Positions 24,801 to 34,670 of a DNA stretch of 64,000 bases are shown here, one piece after another (the stretch's first letter is position 1; each line of letters begins with the position of its first letter). This DNA comes from Prorocentrum cordatum (Eukaryota): NCBI GenBank assembly GCA_963575745.1, contig CAUYUJ010000011.1, positions 1 through 64,000 of the forward strand, in the 5' to 3' direction. Position numbers and translations under genes: made by a program. The notes under the pieces were generated by a model. The model was not told the DNA's origin. It worked only from the letters and a program-made list of their open reading frames with translations, and ran no database searches.

Positions 24801-26903
24801 CGCCTGTTTGACGTTGATCTCGGGCATGTCGACCACGTTCAGTACGCCCGCCCGCAAGAGGTGGACGCATGCGTCGAGCACTGCAGTTCGCGTACGCGGA
24901 GGTACAGGCGGGAACGCCGAGCTGCGGCCGTCTGCCATGGTTTTCTGGAGCCGACACTGCAGGCCATCGGGCGTCTCCTGAGTGGACTTCTGCGGCCTCG
25001 TAGTCGTCTCGGCCTTCCAGGCGTCAATCATCTTGAAGAAGTCCGCTTGCCGGTCCGCAGCCGCCAGAGATGCGGCTGGGCGCAGTCGCACGGCATCCTC
25101 GAGTACTGGTGCACTAGAGGCCACGTCCGCCGCTCGCAGCCGGGCGGAATTCTCCCGCATGAACTCAACGATGTATTTCGCTGCTGCTGCGGTGCTTCTC
25201 TGCCATGCTGCCGGAGCAATCACGTCATCCATCTCCACGCCCTCAGGGAAGATGCCGCAGAGGAGGCTTGCCGGGTCGGGTGCTCGGTGTCTTGGGGCTG
25301 GCGCGGGGTGATCCTTGTCTTCGTCGTACGGGGGAATGTCGGGCGGGTGGATATCGTCGTCGCTGTCGTCGTCGGACTCCAGGAGAGTGTCCGGGTCGTT
25401 CGCGGCTTTGGCAGCCTCATCACGGGCGGCGTTCCACGGTGGGAGAAATGGCATCTCTACGTTCGACGGCACGGCTTCGCTGATGGTTTGTCTCCTGGAG
25501 GAAGCGAAGTCGTAGTTGCGAATGCTGTCCATTATTCTGTGCGCCCACCATTCTGGAGTCAGAGGGGGCGTCTCCGCAGTGCACTTTCGAGCCACCTCTC
25601 GGGTCGACACTTCCCATGCGCGGAAGTCGTGCACGACGGCTGTCTGCAATGCGTTCTCTCCATGCGGCCGCGGTGTAGACGTGATGCGCGACGCGAAATC
25701 TGACAGGGACCTGAAGGGCCTGAACAGAACCATCACGTTCAACGCATAGAGGAACCACTCGTCCAGGAGGTCGTCACTGGCAGGCCGACCAGGCAATTTG
25801 CCGTAGAGGATGGGCACCTTCCACGGCTTTGTCACACGCAATGAGATGTAGTACGCGTGCTTGTAAAGTACTTCCCCGTTGGGCTCTGCGTCCGTCGGAG
25901 CTCCTCGGAGCGGCGCTCCGTCGTAAGTAGCGCTGGTCACTGGCGCGGCCGTGTACTGCCGGCGGCCGCCGCCCCTGAGCCACTGGAGAGATTCTGGCGG
26001 GGGCTTCTTGCCAACGGGCATCTTGGCGTCGTAGCCGCGAAGAAGAAGTAGAGGGGAAAGTGTTCCAGCTCTTGCGGCCTGCGCACGTAGTCCAACTCGC
26101 CGATGTGGAGATTTGCTGGGGTCCACTTCGTAGCATACGGTCGCGGTTGGCTGTGGTCTGTCTGGAGAGGTTCACCGCGAGCTGTCTGGGACATCGTGGC
26201 GCGAATGAAAGCGAGGAGCTCCCCGAAAAAGACCGGGGCAAACGCATGGCTGCTGTGCGCGATGGGCTCTCCTAAAAGGTAACTGATCATCTCGGGGAAC
26301 CCTTTGTGCATCCGCTTGTTGGTCGCGGCCACCAGCGTGTGCAACAATTTGCGTGCCTTCTCCTGGTCATCGACCATGTCCTTCGCAGCTGCCAGCTGTG
26401 CCGCACGTTCTTTCCTCTCGAGCGACGCGGCCAACGTCATTTTCAGGCCGTCTGCGCGCGGCTGCGACTTCGCCGAGTACGCCGAGGCGTAATACTCGTG
26501 GTCCCCCATTGCTTCGGCCATCGCTGCTTTCACCTGGGCAACGCGGCTTTCATTCGGGAGGTCGGCGTCGTTCGCGGGGAGCTCGCAGAACGGCAGCAGG
26601 ACCGCCAAGTCGTGGTTGCACTGCGGGCCCAGCATGATGGCGGGGTTCAGCCGGAAGTGGAACGGATGCGTTGTTTCCAGCGCTGGAAGGCCCACGTGTG
26701 GCGGGTAACGCAGAATCGGCAGCTCGCCAGTGCCATCCCATCGAGCGTGTAATTCCAAGCCATGCTGACGTTTGGCAATCTCTTTCCCTGTCTTTGCGTC
26801 GGTCTGTCTAGCCCAATGCCAATAGTGCATGCGGCAGAACCCCTTCTTGCCGAGTCGCCCTTTGTGACAAACTGCTGGCCGACAGACGTGATTGCCAATT
26901 TTC

Positions 26904-27150
26904 CTGTCGATCGTCTGGTCAGAGGGTGCGCGTTCATGGAGGCCGCAGCTAGTTCAGACAAGGTCCACGAAAACACTCGTGTTTTGGTTGGAAGGGGGTA
27001 TTCTGTTGTCGCCGCACCCCCAGAATTGCCAAGAAACGTTTCGGGGGATGGGCAGTGGTCGAAACACGGAAAACGTCGAGGGGGGGAATCCATTGAGCTG
27101 CTGTTGCTACTGCCTCCAAGAAACGGAACCCTACGAGCAGGCGGCAGGTC
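26904..27150 (-). other. Predicted intron (GA-AG, phase 2, 247 nt)
   Basis: ACCAG|GACC...GACAG|GAAA gives EILSRTRKIGNHVCRPAVCHKG, restoring the Rep His/Cys motif in frame. Confidence 0.7.
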
Positions 27151-27277
27151 CTGGTCCGCGACAAGATTTCCTGCACGGCCTTGATAGACCACTCCCCGCT
27201 GTCGACGCTGGGGTCGGAGGAGAAGGACGTCGGGAAGAACGCGAACTCGGCGACGTTGCCGGCGCACGCAGCGGGTC

Positions 27278-27617
27278 CTTTCGGATCGGCGGAAAGGGAG
27301 GCCAGCTTACGTCCAGTGAAAAGGGTGTAGTGCAGTACACGCATACATGTATGTATACATATTTGTGTAATGGTATGTACGAGTACATATATGTAAATGT
27401 ATATGCATATGGCTGTTGGTGGTAAATGCACTGCAACCAGAAAGCATTGCGTTGCATTGCAAGCAAGGGATGTCACGCACAGATCCAGGTAGACATTTGC
27501 GCCCCGAAATGCTTTGCGCGGTGCAATTCGCTTGCGCCCTCGGGGACTGTTGCACTAAACGTATTGCACCACCCCGTGTAATCTTTTAGCTGGGTACCCC
27601 TTTCCATCGACTTCTGC
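27278..27617 (-). other. Predicted intron (GC-AG, phase 1, 340 nt) with subterminal inverted repeats
   Basis: GAAG|GCAG...AAAG|GACCC joins RGLE to GPAACAGNVAEF in frame. Interior is AT-rich. IR at 27286-27307 / 27588-27610. Confidence 0.72.
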
Positions 27618-30600
27618 CTTCGAGGCCCCGCCCATGCCACTGGGCGGCGTTGCTGGCGGCCGTGCGAACGCCCCCGATCTTCTCGCGCTGCGATTTCGTC
27701 AACGGCAGCAACGGCAACTGTTGAAGGGCGGCATGTCCGAGCGGGTCCTTCGCGTAGTGAGCGAACGCCTCCGTGCTGCGGAACGTTATAGAAGCGATGT
27801 AATGCCAGGCGCGTCGGAACGTGTTCTGCAGGTGGTCGCCTTGGAAGAGGTCGTCAGGGTGAGAGAATCCAACGAGCTGAATGAGCATGTGGATGTGCAG
27901 CGCTTTGCGCATCTGTCCTTCCGCAACGCCGAGGTGCGCCCGAACGTGCCCGACGATGCCGGGCAAACTCTTTGCGGCGATCCCGTCGCAGTTAAGCTCG
28001 TCGGGCGCACCAGTGCAGTTGAACAATGCGCGCATGACGAGCCGCACGGTCCAGTGGAAGACGCGCGTGGCAATGAGCGGGTCCTTCGCCACAGCTCGGT
28101 GAAGGCGTCGCGGGTCCTCCTGGTTGAAGTCGGTCATCCACTGGGTTGCCTTGTCGTCGGTCATGTCCAGGGAGAACTTGCGGGACGCGGTCGCGTCGTC
28201 CTGGGCCAACAGCACAGTGAGGGGGCCCCGAATGTCGCGCGGGTTCAGGGCGAAGAAGAGCGATGCGCATCCAGACCATATGCGCAGAGTCCGGAATCGC
28301 CAGATGAATCCTTCTCGCTCCTCGGCGGATCCGCGGACACGTCGGAGTGCGAGGGGCATCCGGTGAGCGGCGTTGCGGACGACGGGATCGAGCCCTTGCT
28401 GTCGAAGCAGATCTCGGAGATTGGCCGCGCCCCCAGCGGCCGCGGCGGAAGAGACGAGGCCTTCAGCAGTGAGCTGCGCGAGCGCAGTGGTTTGGCCCGG
28501 TGTCATGCCAGCGATGCCGTCGCTGGCCGTGGACTTCACGTGGGCCTCGACGCTGGCCATCTGGTCGCGCCGCAGGAAAGTGTTGAACAGCGTGGCCACG
28601 AACTCGACGTCGCGGCGCCAGCAAACAGTCTCGGCTCGCGTGAGCAACGTCTTCGCCCACGTTGCTGCGGGCAGGCGAGCGGGGCGCTGGGGGCACGTTT
28701 CCTGACAGTCTCCTCGCGGGAAGAGTCGGAGGAAGCATGCCGCCCAGAAGTTCTCGGCCCGCAAGGACAGGAACTGGTCTCCGTGGGCGATCTGCACCGC
28801 AGGCGCGTCGACCTTCTCTTGCGCCGCCCACTCGTCCAACTCCCTCCGGACAGAGTCGCGGGACATCCGTTGCACTGCCTCGACTGCTTTGGCGAGGGCT
28901 TCATTGCGCCGCATCTTCATCTGCGCGCGAGCGGATGAGTCGTGGCCCTCCGACAACTTATGGATCTCATCATGGAGGCGCGATGCAACGTCGAAGTTCT
29001 CCACGACCCGCGTCCGCAAGCGGAGTGCTGGCACGTCGTCCATGCCCCCGTTCACAACGGCGGCGTTACCATCGTCAGCCGTTTCAGTCGGGTCTGTCTC
29101 GCGGGCGCCACTGTCGGTGCAGTCAGCTGGGCCTCCCGACGCCACCGAAGCTTTTGCTGCAGAAGCCGCAGTTGCCGCGGAGAGTACTTCCCGCGGAACG
29201 CCGGAGGAGCTTCCAATGCTGCTGGCGTAGGCACTGAGTAGGGCCTCCAGGGCGGCGTGCAAGGTGCCCGAGCGCCAGATCTCATGGTGCCTGGTGGCGA
29301 ACATGAACATCCAATTGTTGAGGGACAGCCACCGGAACGCCGCGCGTAAGCGGAGAACGGGGGCCTGGAGGTCCGGGTGTCGTTGTAGATCGTCAAACGT
29401 CCCACCCGCGAACTGGATCACCATGGTCTGTGCAAGGGCCGCAGGCAGCATGCCTATGGCAGTCAGTGCAGTGTCGGGGCTCTGCGGGTAAGCCACCACG
29501 TTCTTCTGGTGGTACGTGGGCGCCTCCGAAGTGGCCGTAGGAGCGTCGGGCGCCTTGCTGAGGAACGCGCGTTTGATGCTGACATACACTTTGGCGAGGT
29601 TGATGACCTTGCACTCAGCGTACGTGAGGTCCACGAATTCACGGGGGTCGGCGCCTCTCCACATCCCGTTCGCCAGAGCAGCTAGAGGCACTCGAACTCG
29701 CGGGCGGCGATCGTCACGGGGGCCGATCAGTTCCCGCAGCGCGGACGCGCAATGCTTGCACATGTTCGCCGCGGCGCCGGAGGCGGCGCCCTTGCCGTCG
29801 GCGCTGGACGTCGAAATGCCCGGGCGGCACAGCAGCCAACGCCTTTCGGGGTGGCCGGGCGCAGCAGTGGAGTCCGCCACGAGGTCGGCGCGTACAGCCG
29901 CCGCCAAGCGCTGAACCCTCTCATGCCAGCTTCGAGCAGCATCGGCTGTAGTGAAGCCCAAAGAACTTTCCTCTCCTTTAAGCAGAGCGGCGACGTTGAG
30001 CTCTGCTTCTCGCAGCCACTCACTCTCGCAGAAGATCAGTTCCATGTACCGGTCGACGCTGAAGACGTTGTCCAGCCGCGCGTGCCAAGCGTCCTTGTGC
30101 GCAGTCCAGACGTCGGTGGGCCACTGCGGCCAGTCGGGGCACGCGTCGTCTGAGGGGTCCGGCAGGTACGTCGTTTGGAGTTTGCATCGGCGCTTGTCCC
30201 AGGCGCAGACTGCGCAAGGTGCCATGGTAAAGTTGGCATCGGTGAGCTCCGCTTTGAACGCAGCCAGGCGTGCCCTCACAATTTGAGGACTGATGGGCGT
30301 AGGCCACGCCGTGAGGGATCGTTGAGGTATCACATTCCGGTAGGAGTCCAGTACGTCACACGCGGGGTCGAGCACGTCGCGGTGCATCTCGGCGAGGTGG
30401 GCGGGCAGGTCCTCGGCCCGCACGTGGACGAGACACAAGCGGCAGCATTCGGGGTGTAGGTAATCGGGCGTGGCCGAGCACGCTGGCAACGCATCCTGCG
30501 AGCGGTTCTTCTGCAGAAGCAGTCGAAGAGCTGGTTTTGTGCCGGTCCACGATTGGGCGGGCGGCAGCGAGTCCATGTACGATTCACTTTCGACTTGCAC

Positions 30601-31763
30601 CAGCTTTGCAAGCATGGCGGGCGACTGTCCCGCGAAGCACGTCTGGCAACAGTGCATGTAAGTCCGGGCGTGCCTTGCGGGCCTCTTGCCGCAGATAATG
30701 CAGAGGGTCCCTGAAGCGGTCCAACACGCGTCGCACAAGGCCTGCGAATCGAGGAAGTGCTTGGAACAGAGGGTGCACAAACGGACAGAACGAGGGCAAT
30801 TTGTGGTGGCGCACGGTCCGTGAGAAACAACAAATTTCTCACCGGTGATGGGATCTGCTTCCCGGTAACAGTAGCCGCACACAAGTTCAACAAAATGGCG
30901 GCGTCACAGGCCGGACTGTCTCTCGTCGTCGCTGGAATGAGCGCGGCACCACAGAGCGAGAGTAGTGCACAGGGAACAGCTCGGCAGCGGCGTGCTTGGT
31001 GGAGGCAGTTGCCGACAAATATCACACGCCCGAATGGCTGCACATGCCTTGCACGACCGTGCGGCGTAGAAGTCTCTGTGCGCGGGTGTGGTAGTGCAAT
31101 ATCTGCACAGGCGGCCATCAGCAATCCAGCAATTCCCGCAGGTCTCATTGGGGCTGGACGCCGCGCAAGGTGAGCACAATGGGAAAGTGGAGCCGCATGT
31201 GGACGTAGCGCATGGCGCTCTGGTCATCGACGCACTCGGCAGCGTTGCGCGGCACATGGTGCAAGAGGTCTGAGTCGAGGCGCACGCATGGCACCAACCT
31301 GAAGCGCGCTCGTCGGCAGTCGTGTGCGTGGGGCAGCCCATGGCACATGAAAAGGCGACGGCGTGGGTTTTTTTTGGGGGGCGTCACACATGCGGAGCAT
31401 CTCAGAGGGTGGTCCTCCGAATTGTACCACGTGCACCCGTCCACATGGCAGGCCCTTTGTCGCTCACATGGCTTGCACATGATCTTGCGCACGAGCTCCC
31501 GTGACTCTCCGCAAAAATTGCATGTAGACTTTCGAGCCTGCTGCTTCTGGGCGTATTTTTGGGGGAACAACTTGCGGTAGCACACTTTGCAGTACCCGTC
31601 GTACCCCGTCTGTGCGAATGGTGTGTTCTTTTTGGCGCCGTGGGCTCCTCGGCAGAGCATGCGGCCCTGGGACATGGCGGCCGAAGCGCAGAGTGTCAGA
31701 GTACAGCCCTGGCGACGCGCGGCGCCTTCACGAGAGGCGCCTCCGCAATAGAGGGGCGACACG

Positions 31764-31792
31764 TGACCAATGGTTTGAGCCGAATTTGTACG
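31764..31792 (-). other. Probable tandem relict dinoflagellate spliced leaders upstream of RepHel
   Basis: Minus strand CGTACAAATTCGGCTCAAA (15/20 to CGTAGCCATTTTGGCTCAAG) followed directly by CCATTGGTCA, ~90 nt before the ATG. Confidence 0.55.
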
Positions 31793-33899
31793 TGATGGGG
31801 CATGTTGCGAAAGTCGTGCGTTCGTTCGGGGGGGGGGTCGGCATGTTTCTTCCGCTTGACGCCGCCACTGCGTTGGCCTTGGAAGGGGTACGAAACTGGG
31901 AAATGCGAGAGGTATCAAGATGAGTCCAAGAGACTCAAGATGCTTCCGACACGGCCGAAAAGAGGGCGAACAACACAGGGCCTTAGTCCAGGATTACAAA
32001 GTCAGTCCTTCCGCTCTCCCGCACTCCCTCGCACTCCCGTGCTCTTGCGCAGCCCTGGAGTTGTGAGGATGCCGTAGGCGAAACTTGCCAGATCACCTCT
32101 CCCGCGGAATCTCTGGGCCCAGAGATGCGAGAATGTCTCAGAAGGAACAGGTGGACGATATCAGTGCAGGGCAGCTCTGGTCCCAGAGGTGCGAGGTGGT
32201 TGCAAGCGACACTCACGATCGATCTGTCCATGAGCCTCATTGTGGATCTCACTGTCGATCTCCCTATCGAGGTCACCCCCTCCCCCCCTTCTCGTCCTCC
32301 TCCTTCCCTCGATGGGGTCGAAGGTCGGTCCTCGAGTTTCGAGGATGAGGGGTGGGGGCTCGGCCGCGACTGGCCGCGGGCCGGCGGCTCGCAGGAAGGG
32401 GCAGTCCGAGGGGGCGGCCTTGTAAGAAGGCAGGGGGGCTTTCAGAAGGGGTTTCTTCGAGGTCGGCACGCGCCTCTCAGGAGGCGGAGGAGGACGAGGA
32501 GGAGGAGGACGAGGACGGGGAGGAGGAGGGAGAGGATAAGGAGGAGGAGGGGAGGAGGAGGAGGAGGGGGAGGAGAATGAGGGGGAGGGCGGAAGAGGAT
32601 GAAGAGGAGGGAGGAGGAGGAGGAGGAAGAGGAGGACGAAGGGCGGTGTCCCTTCACGGGGGGGTGAAGAAACGTGTCTCTGCGGCCCTCCAGGGGCCCA
32701 CGCCTTTGTGACAGAACGCTCTTGGAAGTGCAGATCTGCGCACGATTCACACAATCGGCTCGCAGAGGCCTCCACGCGAAGGAACGCGTGTTGAACGCGC
32801 TCACGCCGCGGAAAATGAATCAATACGTATGACCGGGCGTCATCAAGTCGAATCGATCATCATGGACGTTGTGCAAATTCGGATCACCAAAGAGGGCTGA
32901 CTGCCACGCGCGCACACGGAAGCGCGGGAACCGTTGCCAGGACCCCCGCGAGCGGGGAAGGGTCGTTAGCCAGGCAGCACAGCCACAAGCCATCTCAAAA
33001 CGGGGGCTGCTGGACAACGCCAACCATGTACGGCAGGCTCCCGTCGCGACGACGTCGGCGCTGGCTTCTGACACCGCGTGGATCGGTCGACCTTCAACGA
33101 TCGGGACTTCCCGATGAGCCGGATCGTTCAACATATGACGATCCCGGACCATGGGCGGCGTTCCACCTTGAACGCCCGCGGCGCGGAGGAGGAGGGAGGG
33201 AGGGAGGGAGGGCCGAGACTTCCCCAGCAATGCAGGGCAATGGCGAACAGAAAACATTTCGATATAGGTTTTAGATAGGTTCAAAAGTAGGTTCGGGAGA
33301 TAGGTTCGCAAGCATAGTAGGTTCCAGGAAGAAGGTGCAACGCGCGGGGAAAACGTGTCATCGGGCAGATAGCCTCCCGTTACTGGGTTTGCCAAAGCGC
33401 GTCGGCGCAAATGCCGCGGGCAGCTAAGTTGGCGAAGCGAATTCGCCAAACTAGCCCTGGCGAGTGCACCCGGGGACGTTCCCTGGCCGCGGTAACCTCG
33501 CCAAGAAGGTTTGCAATGAAAAACGGCGTCAGGGCTGCATTTCAGGCAGGGGCCGCGACACTTTTCGCGCGATGCACTCTCGGGCACTAAACATAAAAAA
33601 TTAACGAGAGCGGCTGCGGAGAAGACCTCCGAAAACACGACCCTCCAGAAAAGCAGTCACGACGATGGGCGACCCAAAAATCAATTGGGGCAGCCCCAGC
33701 AACTGGCACGGCGAACAACGCAACTCAAGGAATCCCGGACAAGCCGGGCCGCCACCAACAATCACCCCGTACCAATACCGTGCCCCGGCGGGGTTCGGAC
33801 ACGCCATGGCTCCTCCTCATTATCGCGGCCGCCCCGCCCAAGGTCATTCTGCCCTCCCCAAAGCCACTCGTTATCAATCACATCATGCTTCCCATCATC

Positions 33900-33996
33900 G
33901 CCCCCCTTGCCTCACCATCCTCCCCCTCGTCAGCCGCAGCATCCACGTTCTCATCCTCCTGCCCCCGATCCTCCCCGCCCTCCCCGCCCCCCCCTC

Positions 33997-34027
<31 letters not shown>

Positions 34028-34340
34028 TCCTCCTCCTCCCCCTCATATTCCCCATCTCGTTCCTACCTTTTCCCCCTCATCCCCCCTTTCATCCGCCCCT
34101 CATCCTCCGCCCGATCCTCCGGGTCCTCTTGGTCCTCCTCCTCCTACTCCTCTCTCCTGTTCCTCCTTCCTCCTGACCCTCCGTTTCCTCGACCTGGCTC
34201 TCCTCCTCCTCCTCCTCTTCTTCCTCCTCCACATCCTCCTCCCGGCTCTCCTCATCCACCTCCTCCTCCCCCTCCTCTCCCATTCCTCTTCCTCCTCCTC
34301 CTCCTCCCCCACATTCTCCTCCACCTCCTCCTCCTCCTAC
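33900..34340. repeat. CT-rich (TCC)n low-complexity tract
   Basis: Direct inspection. Confidence 0.9.
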
Positions 34341-34374
34341 CTTCAATCCCTGACCTTCCATGCTTCCGAAAACA

Positions 34375-34670
34375 GTTTGAAGTAGGTTTGAAATAGGTTT
34401 GAAGTAGGTTTGAAGTAGGTTCGAAGTAGGTTTGAAGTAGGTTTGAAGTAGGTTTGAAGTAGGTTTGAAGTAGGTTTGAAGTAGGTTTGAAGTAGGTTTG
34501 AAACCTACTTTGAGGCCTCCGAAACCTACTTTGAGGCCCCTAAAACCTATTTTGAAGCCTCCGAAACCTATTTTGCGCTACCGAAAACCTACTTTTGGAA
34601 TCCGGAAACCTTCTTTGGAACCTACTTTGCAAAAACAAATTCTGCAAACCTACTTTCCGACCTACTTTGG
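34375..34670. repeat. (GTTTGAAGTAG)~11 array abutting an inverted degenerate AAACCTACTTT array
   Basis: Junction GTAGGTTTG-AAACCTAC at ~34492-34508. Confidence 0.92.

Larger units (their letters stand above)
21407..31675 (-). pseudogene. Helitron-type RepHel transposase gene (Cys-rich repeats, C2H2, DUF6570-like, HUH-Y2 Rep, PIF1 helicase, C-terminal OTU-like protease), spliced, with lesions
   Basis: ATG 31675 in GCCGCCATG context. N-terminal Rep region: ALANGMWRG..DLTYAE, LFPRGD, SLFFALNPRD. HUH: EGQMRKALHIHML (HIH 27889-27897). GNHVC..CHKG..FCRMHY and NPAIMLGPQCNHD. Y2: YYASAYSAK (~26468-26497). DYVRRPQELE and LFRPFR. Helicase: Walker A GPGGTGKT (24646-24669), APSNSAA, TLH, IDEVSMV, GDFMQLPP, YVMLSR. 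OTU: GGGDCLFYSI, HWGTQTD, ISLWWDEPFHF. Frameshifts near 31370-31340, 26035 and 24795; in-frame TGA 30904-30906. Confidence 0.9.

Noticed and set aside
27634..28938. 434-aa plus-strand ORF, and similar antisense ORFs over the LINE (e.g. 3670-5121)
   Set aside because: Shadow frames of GC-rich coding sequence on the opposite strand; no motifs.
34375..34670. CRISPR array
   Set aside because: 11-bp units are contiguous with no unique spacers, no cas genes are present, and the context is eukaryotic.
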